NCBI GenBank assembly: GCA_044892525.1
Contig: CM097887.1
Coordinates: 72,106,001 to 72,170,000, forward strand
From: Schmidtea polychroa
Taxonomy: Eukaryota
Direction: 5' to 3'
DNA length: 64,000 nt
Shown here: one piece after another, positions 10,201 through 18,785 of the stretch
Position numbering within the stretch: position 1 is the stretch's first letter
Layout: every line of letters begins with the position of its first letter
The notes under the pieces: generated by a model
What the model was told of the DNA's origin: nothing
Databases searched by the model: none
The model's input: only the letters and a program-made list of their open reading frames with translations
Program-made: the position numbers and the translations under genes

Positions 10201-13200
10201 AGGAATTTCTAGGATTATGCGGATACTATCGCAAATTTATCAAAAATTATGCAGGAATTGCAAAACCAATCCAGGAATTAGTAAAGAAGGATATTTCGTT
10301 CATTTGGGAAAAAGAACAACAACAGGCGTTCGAAACGCTGAGAGATAAACTAATCGAAGCACCTATCCTCGTACACCCAGATTTTAAGAAGCCATTTCTA
10401 TTGGCAACGGATGCAAGCGGGTACGCGGCAGGCGCGATTCTGGGACAATTAGACGATGAGGGAAAAGAGAGAGTAATCGGGTATTACAGTCGAACATTCA
10501 AAAAGCACGAAAAGAACTATTCGGTAACAGAACGAGAAGCATTGGCTATAATACAAGCTATCAAACACTTCCGATATTTACTATGGGGACATGAGATATG
10601 CATAACCACAGATCATCAACCATTAGTGTGGTTAGGGCAACATAAAGAAGCGTCCAGTAGACTGATGCGATGGGCCATGCAATTGCAAGAATACTCCCCA
10701 TTTATAAAATTCAAAGCGGGAAGAGCAAATGCCAACGCCGATTGTATGTCAAGATTTATTTTCCCAGATTTGGTGGATTCAGAAATGCAACGCATATGCT
10801 TAATAGTAGCGGAAGATTTGGATTTCTGTCAATTACGAAAGGACCAACAAGAGGACGCGGAATTAAAACAAATTATCGATTATGTAAAAACCGGAAAGAC
10901 AGAGGTATATGCGAAAGACCAAAAATTAAAAGAACATATGGATAAACACCGACACCGATATATTATAGAGAAAGATTGGTTGCTGATAATGGATGGGGAA
11001 AAACGATTAATGTGTATACCGGAAAACCGACGAAAAGAGTTACTAACGCAATATCACGATGGGAGATTGGGAGGACATATGTCATCGAAAAAGACGTTAG
11101 CAAGAATGAAACAGAAATATTTTTGGCCTACGTTAACTGAAGATGTAACCGAATGGGTAAAAAATTGTCTAACTTGTGCAACCAGGAAGAATACTGGATC
11201 GAAATGGAAAGCACCTTTAACGCCAATGCCAGTACCAATAGAACCAATGACAATGATATCCATGGACGTAGTTGGTCCACTACCAGAGTCAGATAAAGGA
11301 AACGTTTACATTCTAGTGATCACAGACTTTCTTACGAAATTTCCAGAAGCATTCGCGATGCCAGACCAAAAAGCTAAAACAATCGCAAAAATTTTGGTAG
11401 AAGAGATATGTTGCCGATATGGAACACCAAAACAAATCTTAACCGATCAGGGAACTAATTTTATGAGTGAGATAATGAGCGAAGTAACAAATTACTTCAA
11501 AATAGCAAAACTAAGAACATCTCCATACCACCCTCAAACCAATGGGATGACGGAAAGATTTAATGGAACACTTATACAAATGTTATCAAACTACGTTGAC
11601 CGTCACCAACGAGATTGGGACGAATATATAAACCTATGTCTTATGGCGTACAGAATGTCGATTCACGCATCAACGAAAATGAGCCCATTCAAATTAATGT
11701 ACGGAAGAGAATGTAACATGCCAATGGACCTGGAATACCAACCACCGATATCGCAGTATATGGAGATCGATGATTATGTTACGAAATTCAAGGAAAGAAT
11801 GCAAGAAATTTGGGAAACTGCGGGATTAAATATCAAGTTCTACCAGGAAAGTTATAAAGATTTACACGATCGAAAGAAAAACGTGAAGCAACATACGTTC
11901 CAAACAGGTGATTGGGTAATGATAGAAACCCCGGAATTAATTCCAGGAACCACAAAAAAGTTACAACGCAACGGAAAAGGACCATATGAGATCTTATTCG
12001 TAGGCGAAACTAATGTAAGAGTGAAATTGGTAAATAACCCCTTTACCAGACCAATATACGTAAACGTGGCACGATGCAAATCAATTCCAAAAACAGCCAC
12101 TAGTCAACCAGAAGGCCGTACATTAACCACACGTTCGCAAACCTACCGAATGAACATGATGCAACAACTCGCAGAACCGATCACTGGACGATTAGGTATC
12201 CAACCATCAGAAGCGGAAAAGATTGTAAAAGAGGTAAAAATTAAAATACCTGGATGGGCAAAAGATCGATTAGATTTCGAAATATTAGGAGGATTATTGA
12301 CGATGATCGAGAACTATGCAAATAGAGAAAGGACACACCCATTATTGCGAGTAGTCAAAAGCCAATGGCCAATATTATTTACAATAACAGATCATTACGG
12401 AGACACACCATTACACAAACTCATGAAAGTAGGTAACAACGAGCAAATACTAGAAACAATAGAAGCATTTCACGACTGCAAGCGATCAACAGAACAAACA
12501 AACAACCAAGGTTACACACCATTAATGATAGCCGCAAACAGAGGCAAAACAAAAGACATTATAACCGCATTACTCGATACCGGATCGAAAATAACTACAC
12601 AAGACCACGAGCGGAAAAACGCTCTACATCATGCTATCGGAGGGAGAAGTACCGAGGCGTTCACGTCATTGATGGAACTACTATCATATGAGGACAATCG
12701 GGAAGTTGGAAACATGTATGATGGATTGTTAACAGCGATCAAAGAAAAACTGACGACAATTACCGGAATATTAATTACATGGAGAAATCCAATTCGAAAC
12801 GATTATATGATCAACGTAAACGAAGCGTTCACGAGAGGAGAGAACACGCTGATGAGAGAAGCTATGAAAGGACATCATTTATTCGAAATCCCGAATCAAT
12901 TACTAGAACGAGGGATAAAATTCACAAATCACAAAGACGAACAGTTAACAAAAAAGCGAATCGACACATTCGAAAAATCACTATTTCAATTTACTAACCA
13001 AGTACGAAATAAATATTGGGAAACGGTAAGTGTGTTATATATGATGGACACGATGAATAACATCCGCGAGAATTACATGGATATTATCCAAATACTTACA
13101 GCAGAGGAACGAATCAATAATCCAAACGGAAAGAAAACGAAAATAAGGTATGAGAAATCCAGGGAATCAAAGTCAACAACGAACCAAACGGTCACAAACA

Positions 13201-15368
13201 ACGTCATCGAAACCAAATCAATGAGTATAGATCAAGAGGCAATAATACGCAAAGCAAAAGAAGTGTTCTTTGAGGAAATGCTAGAGCTGCCAGACGAAAT
13301 AATATTGTCCAAAATAATAAAAGCCGTACACACATACGCAAGAGATCAAACCACGGGTTTAGATATCGGGAAAATCAAAACCTTCTTGCCTCGAGCATTT
13401 ACGATGGTAACAAAGGATTCCAGAACACCCCTACAACAAGCAATACTAGCAGCGAAAGAAAATAGAGCAATAACGATCGTGAGAATCCTTGGAGAGATGG
13501 GCGAGGAAACCAACACGAAAAATGAACAAGGTGAAACCGCCATGATGTATGCAGCTATAACGAAAATACACCCAAAAACACTCCACATCCTACATCAATC
13601 AGGATCGAAACTAGACGAAAAGTCCAATGAAGGAAATTCCACCTTGGACTGGGCAACCATACAGCCAAACTTAGAAATGATCAGATTTATTTGCAAAAAT
13701 GCGACAAAAGAAGAAGTTGAAAATATGTGCAAAAACACATCTCAGTTTCAATGGAATACGGTACGGAAAAATCTAGAAGCAATGAAATTATTATTGACCT
13801 GGAGAGTACCACAAAATAATAAATATGCGATAAATGTAAACGAATTCTACGAAAACGGAGAAAATGCGATGGTAAAGAATACCCTAACTAAGGGGGGGAC
13901 GCCTAAAATTATTTTAATAGTATTAAATAGAGAAGACCTAAAATTCACGCAAAATCAGAACGAGCAACAACGAATTGGGAAACATCGTCGTATGCAATTG
14001 AGAGAGTTAGTTAAAGAATGGGATAGAAAGAGACATGCTGCAACGGGTAGAAAAGAGTTTGAATTCGAAGCAAAATTAGCAAGAAACAGAGTGCTAACAG
14101 CATATCGCAGATTATTGAACGATATAAATGTCGAGGACGACATTTTAAATGACAGCGGGGGAGATAAACACGATGACAATGATGGAAAAGGCCGGAAAGA
14201 GGATAAAGGGAAAAGAGAACCGGAAGAGGATAAACCGGAAAACAAGGATTCGGATACGAAAAGAGAGGGAAACAGCCCGGGAACTAAGACCAAAGAGGAG
14301 GAAAAACCGAATAATGGAAAACAGAGGGTATGCCTACCTTTCATTAACAAAGAAATAGAGACAAATATGATATTAATGATAATTATGCTTACCATGATAG
14401 AGTTCGTAACAGCTCATGGAGGGACGAGGACGATAAAAGAAACCAAAGAAGCGGAGAATCAAGATAGCAAAGAGGATGAACTAAAGCAAGAAAAGAAAAA
14501 GCAAGCACAAGAGCAGCAGTGGGATTTAAAGGAAGAATGGGACTTAAAGGAAAGGTGCATACTAGGAAGATGCATGTCTAGAGCGTATCAGAAACTAGTA
14601 CTGATAAATGAGGACACAGAACCAATAACAGAAGTAAGAATACAAGAAGCATACCGAAATCGAGACGGGAAGAGAATAACGAACGTCAAAGGAAAAGAGG
14701 TACACCTAGGAAAAGGTGGTGAAGTAGTAATAACGCAGATCCAACCTAGAAAAGAGCACAAAGTCTGTATTTCAAGATTAGGACCAGGCGAGAGATGCCA
14801 TCAATATGTGACGCAGCAGCAGCCGCCGAAAGAATACACGGTTTGTATCTGGAGAAACGAATCAAAAAGAGAATGCCGACGATACCCGGGGAAAAGAGGA
14901 AAGAAAAGGAAAAACCACGACGAAAAGGACGAAGGAGGAAAGCACAAGAAAACCGGCGAGGAAGCTCAGGACAACTATGTTTCGGAGGAAGAGATGGAAA
15001 AAATACAAAAGATGGCAAAGGAGGGTATGAACGAGGAAATAGCAAGAATACGGGAAATGATGAAAGGAAATGGCAAAAGAGGAAACGAGAAAGGCATAGA
15101 AGCGATATCAACATTAACGAACAAGGAGAAACCAGAGAATATAAGCGTGAAGCAGATGATGTGGATCAGTGGGATAATAATAACAGGGGCATTCCTAATC
15201 ATAACGGGGGGAACAATAAAAATAATTAAGGATAAACGACATCGCGGAGAACTAGAAATGACCCGAATCAGAAACTTCCAACATCGAGTGAAACGACCAA
15301 GTGATATCAAACAAGGACAGTGGGTGGAGGCCTGGAACGTTCAGCGCCCTCCAAACTCACGTATATAG
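4239..15368 (+). CDS. pol: 3709-aa polyprotein: UBL, Bcl-2-like, Env-like glycoprotein, aspartic protease, RT, RNase H, integrase, ankyrin repeats, membrane-anchored C-terminal segment (frame open from 4179)
   Basis: Uninterrupted ORF; MIDTGANVS (about 8740), YIDD (about 9962), TDASGYAAGAIL (about 10408), HDGRLGGH...C..C, DVVGPLP, TDQGTNF, GMTERFN, GPY (about 11980). Confidence 0.95.
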   Translation: MGMWDNHQIIRIVPMDEFRTRDVTYQKEIRDRMKTLYQKSTEIIEIHQQWLKEKELQGKITKLNTRSCRRTPWERVWNAESKEWEIRKGTFVETDIGETESESEEEEEEPPEYEEEAREQTSDDEGETDVTSESENEARHIHAMRKKEREYADMDGEEATEAREREEKERYKQLGDILAMGAKNQKRQVVALANIILKTSENIHNLRGMAKAIEEYRQYNEWYPEQLEQIIRKWRNQEWAQDTQERYHIRIKYPDKSIEELEVHPTTKIRELKKKLAYETPFHLQLFGKSLDDNADVGITPMRLEETNVLTMAETLGKPLKRKSKIIKPTQGSLSTPSPNKAPSKSNETEEVEEIILEDSDDEPGERSPLLVRWPTGAEMWTNNQPSTSYQQPTKLNIKEIIDNTTETETDEQFQKQREPTKVTPERQTDKIIDEWNEWLRNNDSSLPRTDNERNPNYENTREAGTMMEKRAKGRPKKQGEKSEFKTKEQLKQEQGQVRLEKLDKIVWDLKEAQPTIERGEKWIRELLKDMLIITNPQLRRLWQRKVASTEARQLWHTISGIIPKLIKEKTKTTKTDWDETKRVIEQLTTNANDDEHHLVVITYLMYNLMGLAARKIPNKQFANHVEMTVSIIENTIEPHIIRAGGWKRLIQAPRKNEQERSMQVRLKKLLNELEWELPMKDPASRKASINSLMMTMMIWMLCTSGATGFTIYDCDNMIMRDKYSLRDIEECRQASPNKLDIVRTKVTYHVYQESDFIRTQARECVVSKKVLAYYCGQYSYSTLILPGLDKEIVSIQREDCKELFRTGALKMHNGVTIHGQTGMIKTESVYVAGKVKSSDGSCNGGTYTIRGEVISGVVVIESYTVELKEYEAQFDANNYQMKTNPACKATENVCRTGVSTIIYEANTQKCRLQLLKSALFNEVKGEIYENENDEDGNDRVRMRNGKPMPPSPREKRLSTQKTPTALITDDPDLGMRFIKEKETTKCDSIVYKTNYAGIYMSRQIIDRAVGKIATEDVKLYLYANNKMDFLFHRGQTTLQKVYYDLIQNDCSLNKEILKTKLAIAITHPDNTMPSLPLPDGHFGRMVGEVMYTYQCTKTYARMPEKSILPEKRCANELEIRYKGQNRFVQPVTRIMNPVGFYPNLFNCSNAYGPLYERPDGKWMMLPGKTISEEPKKFGLIELATELDFKPIDVSNGGMYSPEDLETARLNVLFPARRESILSNMVTITGGTNYQSGPNYELLLSPDHFQQATSNMMKAMWGRFLVFGQMMAGILGIILIIQIVRVILTQMLACFDIYKREKKVNWKMIVGFLPFLAKTMVLHGHSKDIHRIKRLIKILTKIKGTDEEVGRRFRKVMYDEATRRQLKKNKPKFLDRFRSQSSNSDSDDDDNGNDKCLYPNRNPNEKPMETAPYWEKEKTNTWIANGSYIPPDIVGPQTALTMTQNMYPQLPSQPGMHYMPTRRTKSVDQADDVRTIAAMSLPGGPAVTVMIQINGKETNAMIDTGANVSAIAINQIPSKHWKDIESTTIHIIACSKETVDVVGRWWTTLRYQDNEIETYLAVIPKLSVPCIIGTDLMPELLKEVVIDLTTMCLKDKTGRICKMNSVIRCPEKIIVPAKSQMICQIKVDTGMEGEVIFEPSKSFEKRRELPLAREIITINQEGVIPLNITNFEEEDKIIYENEKLGRLTPMMDIELPKVTNEMIKDDELWTIDSMLLTNDEKKKLHRLLVEYKDIFAISDLDLGTCDVTLHAIPLIDETPIALRPYKLAEMQKEIAEAEVQKMLDAKVIEPSCSPWQFPVVMVKKKDGTQRFCIDYRKLNAVTKRDTYPLPDINEMLLMLQGAAYFTSLDLKSGYWQIKVKDEDKEKTAFTLGRDLYQFRKMPFGLTNAPASFQRCMNFVTHGIKQCMVYIDDLLIYSATFEQHLEDIRNVFIRLRQWKLKLKPSKCDWAKEKVTFLGHIVSAKGKEPDPRNIEKIKTCPAPKTVTQVQEFLGLCGYYRKFIKNYAGIAKPIQELVKKDISFIWEKEQQQAFETLRDKLIEAPILVHPDFKKPFLLATDASGYAAGAILGQLDDEGKERVIGYYSRTFKKHEKNYSVTEREALAIIQAIKHFRYLLWGHEICITTDHQPLVWLGQHKEASSRLMRWAMQLQEYSPFIKFKAGRANANADCMSRFIFPDLVDSEMQRICLIVAEDLDFCQLRKDQQEDAELKQIIDYVKTGKTEVYAKDQKLKEHMDKHRHRYIIEKDWLLIMDGEKRLMCIPENRRKELLTQYHDGRLGGHMSSKKTLARMKQKYFWPTLTEDVTEWVKNCLTCATRKNTGSKWKAPLTPMPVPIEPMTMISMDVVGPLPESDKGNVYILVITDFLTKFPEAFAMPDQKAKTIAKILVEEICCRYGTPKQILTDQGTNFMSEIMSEVTNYFKIAKLRTSPYHPQTNGMTERFNGTLIQMLSNYVDRHQRDWDEYINLCLMAYRMSIHASTKMSPFKLMYGRECNMPMDLEYQPPISQYMEIDDYVTKFKERMQEIWETAGLNIKFYQESYKDLHDRKKNVKQHTFQTGDWVMIETPELIPGTTKKLQRNGKGPYEILFVGETNVRVKLVNNPFTRPIYVNVARCKSIPKTATSQPEGRTLTTRSQTYRMNMMQQLAEPITGRLGIQPSEAEKIVKEVKIKIPGWAKDRLDFEILGGLLTMIENYANRERTHPLLRVVKSQWPILFTITDHYGDTPLHKLMKVGNNEQILETIEAFHDCKRSTEQTNNQGYTPLMIAANRGKTKDIITALLDTGSKITTQDHERKNALHHAIGGRSTEAFTSLMELLSYEDNREVGNMYDGLLTAIKEKLTTITGILITWRNPIRNDYMINVNEAFTRGENTLMREAMKGHHLFEIPNQLLERGIKFTNHKDEQLTKKRIDTFEKSLFQFTNQVRNKYWETVSVLYMMDTMNNIRENYMDIIQILTAEERINNPNGKKTKIRYEKSRESKSTTNQTVTNNVIETKSMSIDQEAIIRKAKEVFFEEMLELPDEIILSKIIKAVHTYARDQTTGLDIGKIKTFLPRAFTMVTKDSRTPLQQAILAAKENRAITIVRILGEMGEETNTKNEQGETAMMYAAITKIHPKTLHILHQSGSKLDEKSNEGNSTLDWATIQPNLEMIRFICKNATKEEVENMCKNTSQFQWNTVRKNLEAMKLLLTWRVPQNNKYAINVNEFYENGENAMVKNTLTKGGTPKIILIVLNREDLKFTQNQNEQQRIGKHRRMQLRELVKEWDRKRHAATGRKEFEFEAKLARNRVLTAYRRLLNDINVEDDILNDSGGDKHDDNDGKGRKEDKGKREPEEDKPENKDSDTKREGNSPGTKTKEEEKPNNGKQRVCLPFINKEIETNMILMIIMLTMIEFVTAHGGTRTIKETKEAENQDSKEDELKQEKKKQAQEQQWDLKEEWDLKERCILGRCMSRAYQKLVLINEDTEPITEVRIQEAYRNRDGKRITNVKGKEVHLGKGGEVVITQIQPRKEHKVCISRLGPGERCHQYVTQQQPPKEYTVCIWRNESKRECRRYPGKRGKKRKNHDEKDEGGKHKKTGEEAQDNYVSEEEMEKIQKMAKEGMNEEIARIREMMKGNGKRGNEKGIEAISTLTNKEKPENISVKQMMWISGIIITGAFLIITGGTIKIIKDKRHRGELEMTRIRNFQHRVKRPSDIKQGQWVEAWNVQRPPNSRI
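5780..6195 (+). other. Bcl-2-like helical domain within the polyprotein
   Basis: BH2-like ending IENTIEPHIIRAGGWKRLI preceded by a hydrophobic central helix HHLVVITYLMYNLMGL; canonical BH1 NWGR absent. Confidence 0.55.
6303..8110 (+). other. env: Env-like fusion glycoprotein domain of chuvirus/Monjiviricetes type within the polyprotein
   Basis: Internal signal peptide SLMMTMMIWMLCTSGATG then FTIYDC; motifs YSLRDIEEC, YQESDF...AREC...YYCGQYSY, GSCNGG, NDCSLNKEIL, GEVMYTYQC, CANELEI...FVQPVTRI; REKR at 7098-7109; TM FLVFGQMMAGILGIILIIQIV at about 8028-8100. Confidence 0.82.
8700..9020 (+). other. Retropepsin (aspartic protease) domain
   Basis: IQINGKETNAMIDTGANVSAI ... CIIGTDLM. Confidence 0.92.
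9480..10760 (+). other. Reverse transcriptase and RNase H domains (Gypsy type)
   Basis: SPWQFPVVMVKKKDG, YIDD, FLGH, FLLATDAS, YSVTEREALA, TDHQPL, NANADCMSR. Confidence 0.97.
11000..12080 (+). other. Integrase: HHCC zinc domain, DDE core, GPY/F module
   Basis: HDGRLGGH..KT...YFWP...CLTC; ISMDVVGPLP; ILTDQGTNF; PQTNGMTERFN; GKGPYEI. Confidence 0.96.
12380..13900 (+). other. Two ankyrin-repeat modules fused C-terminal to the integrase
   Basis: GDTPLH, GYTPLMIAA, KNALHHA (12390-12680) and RTPLQQA, GETAMMYAA, GNSTLDWA (13417-13700). Confidence 0.88.
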
Positions 15369-15528
15369 AAAGGAATATGACTGTATATAATTGTAAAAAG
15401 TAAGTATATCTTATGTATATAACAGTACTATATCTTTATATAAGCGCGGTATCAATATTATACAATAACGGGAATCATAAAATAAAATTAAATTTACATA
15501 AGAGTTGAAAAGTGTATATAAATTAGGA

Positions 15529-15888
15529 ATGGATCAAGGAAATAACGAAATGAACCACAATACAGTAACTGAAGAATTATGGAAGCAACAATGTGCCGTA
15601 TTAGCACAATTAGTGTCCAATTTGCAAGAACAAGGATTGACGATGCACAGAAACCTGATCGAGAGTATGAACAGAGGATTTAGTTATTTGAAGATAATTG
15701 AAGACCAGAGGTTAAAAATCGAACAAATGCAAAGAGAGATAGAGAGGATAACCCAATATAGCCGTCGACAGGAAATTGAAATAGACCGAATGAGGGAGGA
15801 AGCAGAACAGACAGAAATAGAAGACTGGTCGGAATGGCTAATGAATAGAGAGGAGAGCGGGCACGAAGCCGACTCTTCCGAACCCTAA
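15529..15888 (+). CDS. Accessory coiled-coil ORF of unknown function (ATG 15529; the ORF track start at 15505 is a TTG)
   Basis: Co-oriented with the element, same A-rich bias, heptad-like E/Q/R-rich sequence. Confidence 0.7.
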   Translation: MDQGNNEMNHNTVTEELWKQQCAVLAQLVSNLQEQGLTMHRNLIESMNRGFSYLKIIEDQRLKIEQMQREIERITQYSRRQEIEIDRMREEAEQTEIEDWSEWLMNREESGHEADSSEP

Positions 15889-15973
15889 ACCAAACCTAGC
15901 TTAAAATGTAAATAATTGTAAATAAAATATCGAACCTGTATCGATAAGAACTATTTGTACATATAATTATAGA

Positions 15974-17362
15974 ATGGATAAACGACAAAGAGAAGAGTTC
16001 AGAGAGATTGTCGAGCAAGTCCGAAAATCTACAACGATCAGAATACACAAACATGTTATGTGCGGAATATGTGAAAAGTTGTTAAAGGAACCTCACCAAA
16101 CGCAATGTGGATGCAGAGTATGTAAAGAATGTATCAGTGAAGCAATAAAGAATAGACCACAGAGGTGCCCGGTGTGTAAAGAGACACTAATATCGAGTTT
16201 AGAAGACACTAACGAGGATAAAGCCGCAGTGAAAGACATGTTAAACACCAACCTGGGATGCAAAAATGCCCCATGCGAATGGAAAGGAGTAATATGGAAG
16301 GTAGTACAACATATGGGAGAATGTATGTACAGAATTGGCCAGTGTGAAAGGTGCCATAAAACCATTCGAGCAAGCGAAGAAAAAGAACATCAAAGGCAGT
16401 GTGAAGAGAGATTGGAAAGATGTGAACACTGTGGAGAAATAGATACGTGGATAAATCTCACCCTCAAACATCACAATGTCCAAGAGGAGAGAGTATGTGC
16501 GGAGTTCGGTGGGGAATGCCCAAACGGATGTAACCAAGGGGAAATAATAAAGGTGGCACAGCATCTAAGGGAATGCGAAAAGAAAAGAATGACATGTGTA
16601 CTAGGTAGATGGGGTTGTCAGAAATTACTACACCGAGGTGAGTTACCACATCATTTAGTAGAAAATGCTTCAACTCACGCAGAAATGTGGTCGACTGCGT
16701 TACAAGAAAGCGAAGAGAAAGTAAAACAAATGGAGATAGAGATAACATCGTTGAAAGTGTTAGTCAAAGAACTACTAGAAGAAAGGGAAGCGTTCGAAGA
16801 AGCCCGAGCAAACATAAAGATGCAAATAAACCGAACAGAAATTAGTAATAATCAGGCCAAGGAGCTACATCAGAAAATACGGGAAATAAATCTAAATGAG
16901 ATAACCCCAACAGCACCCTACATATGGAAAATAACGGGAGTAAAAGAAAGAATACGAAAAGCAAAAACCGGAGAAGAGACAAGAATAACAAGTCCTACAT
17001 TCCATTCTTGGAAAAATGGGTACAAAATGAAAATGAAGATATATCCCAACGGGGACGGAACCGGATTAGATACGCACTTTTCGATTTTCTTTCTGTTATG
17101 TAAAGGAGAATACGACGAAATATTAGAATGGCCGTTCCAGGCAAAAATCGATATTACCCTGATGAACAACCAAAGTATACATGAGCAAAGCTTCAAAACA
17201 ACGGGGAATCAAATAGCTTACCAGAGGCCCCTCAACGAAGAAGGATCAGCAACAGGAGCACCCACGTTCATCTCACAACAAAGAGTAGAAGATATGGCGA
17301 GAAATGATACCATATATATCAAGATGACCGTGAGGAAAGAGGAGAAGGGTAGAACGGAGTAA
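15974..17362 (+). CDS. TRAF-like protein: RING, TRAF zinc fingers, coiled coil, MATH domain; intronless
   Basis: CGICEKLLKEPHQTQCGCRVCKEC...CPVC; CKNAPCEWKG...HMGEC; CPNGC...HLREC; MATH: YIWKI...SPTF...GYKMKMKIYPNGDG...HFSIFF...GEYDEILEWPF...DTIYIKMTV. Confidence 0.93.
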   Translation: MDKRQREEFREIVEQVRKSTTIRIHKHVMCGICEKLLKEPHQTQCGCRVCKECISEAIKNRPQRCPVCKETLISSLEDTNEDKAAVKDMLNTNLGCKNAPCEWKGVIWKVVQHMGECMYRIGQCERCHKTIRASEEKEHQRQCEERLERCEHCGEIDTWINLTLKHHNVQEERVCAEFGGECPNGCNQGEIIKVAQHLRECEKKRMTCVLGRWGCQKLLHRGELPHHLVENASTHAEMWSTALQESEEKVKQMEIEITSLKVLVKELLEEREAFEEARANIKMQINRTEISNNQAKELHQKIREINLNEITPTAPYIWKITGVKERIRKAKTGEETRITSPTFHSWKNGYKMKMKIYPNGDGTGLDTHFSIFFLLCKGEYDEILEWPFQAKIDITLMNNQSIHEQSFKTTGNQIAYQRPLNEEGSATGAPTFISQQRVEDMARNDTIYIKMTVRKEEKGRTE

Positions 17363-17500
17363 CCAATCGAATAATGTTGTATATAATAATCTGTATATAT
17401 CGGTGTATATAACCAATAAAATATTATATAATAATAGTATGAAAACCCTAAATACGAAAACCCAAAAATGATGCGAAAATTTCCCAAGAAACAGTAAATA

Positions 17501-18610
17501 ATGAATAAATTCCTTTTCATAATAAAAAGATTAATCGATGTCTATGATTTAGAGATGACACAAGAGAAAATAACCGAAACTGCGATAGCCCCAACCAATG
17601 TCAACAAGACACAAATTCCCCGAGAACATAATAAAAAATGGAACAAAGTAATGTTCCAACTAACTAATCTCACCCGAAATCACATCGAAGAAACTAGAGA
17701 AGATGAGAATAGTCAATACCAATGGTTAATACACAACTTAAGAGCGGAAGCAGAAGCATGCAAAAGAGCATCAAAATGGGCGTCACTAGAAAATACCCGC
17801 CAAGAAGCACACAGCCACTACTTAAAGCAGCTAGTGCAGGAAGCGAGAAAAAGACTTACCGATGAGAACACCAAGCGCGAAGCGGAAAAACAAATAGAAG
17901 ACAGGAAAATGATGCACTTAGTGGCAGAAGCGAGAAAATGGAAAAGACAAAACAGAGAAATGAAAAAAGAGATGAAAGAATTGCCCATGAGACTCGGATA
18001 TGAAAGCGAACAAGGTAAATGGGAGGAGAATTTAATAATAAAGGAAGAATTGAAAAGGTTGAGAAAGGTCGCCGCCCGAAGCCAAACCTGGCAAACAAAG
18101 GCTATGGAGTTTGAGCGACATTTGGCAATGAAGTGCGACATAAGAGAGCACGAGAATGCCGCAATGGAAGAGATGATAACCCAACAAGCGGGACGGGTTG
18201 TGGAATTAGTAAATCAGGTAGAAGAGATGAAAAGAGACCTTAATGGATTACAAGGATCGCTGGAACAAAGAAACATGGTCCTAGCGGGAAAAAATAGAAA
18301 ATTAGAAAACGAAAGGAAAATGTACACCGAAAATATTAAAAACTTAGAAATAGAAATTGAAAAATGGAAGGGCGACGAGAAAATCAAGGCCCTAGACAAA
18401 CAGATAGAGGCGAAAGACGAAGAGACAAGGTATCTCACCTATCTGCTCGACGAGGAATTGAACATCACTCGAGCTCTAAGAGACGAAATTAATGAATTGA
18501 GAGCTCAAATCCCCCAATATTACCTACCATACGACCCTATTGCGATACAGTTACATCCCGCGGTCGATAGTGATGAAGGTTATGTAGGCCAGGAGGAAAC
18601 CTTCGTATAA
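17501..18610 (+). CDS. Accessory long coiled-coil ORF of unknown function (alternative start 17555)
   Basis: 369-aa E/K/R-rich ORF, co-oriented, no recognised domain. Confidence 0.75.
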   Translation: MNKFLFIIKRLIDVYDLEMTQEKITETAIAPTNVNKTQIPREHNKKWNKVMFQLTNLTRNHIEETREDENSQYQWLIHNLRAEAEACKRASKWASLENTRQEAHSHYLKQLVQEARKRLTDENTKREAEKQIEDRKMMHLVAEARKWKRQNREMKKEMKELPMRLGYESEQGKWEENLIIKEELKRLRKVAARSQTWQTKAMEFERHLAMKCDIREHENAAMEEMITQQAGRVVELVNQVEEMKRDLNGLQGSLEQRNMVLAGKNRKLENERKMYTENIKNLEIEIEKWKGDEKIKALDKQIEAKDEETRYLTYLLDEELNITRALRDEINELRAQIPQYYLPYDPIAIQLHPAVDSDEGYVGQEETFV

Positions 18611-18785
18611 GGGTGGATGAAAAGATGAAAAACTAAAAACCGGGACGTATATCCCAAACAAAAAAAAAAAAAATTAAAGTATTGTAAAAGTATTCAAGGG
18701 ACTGTAACCCAAACTATTAAATTTTATATCAATGTATACGTATAAGTCGCACTATAGCGCACCATTAACTGTACATATTATAGAT

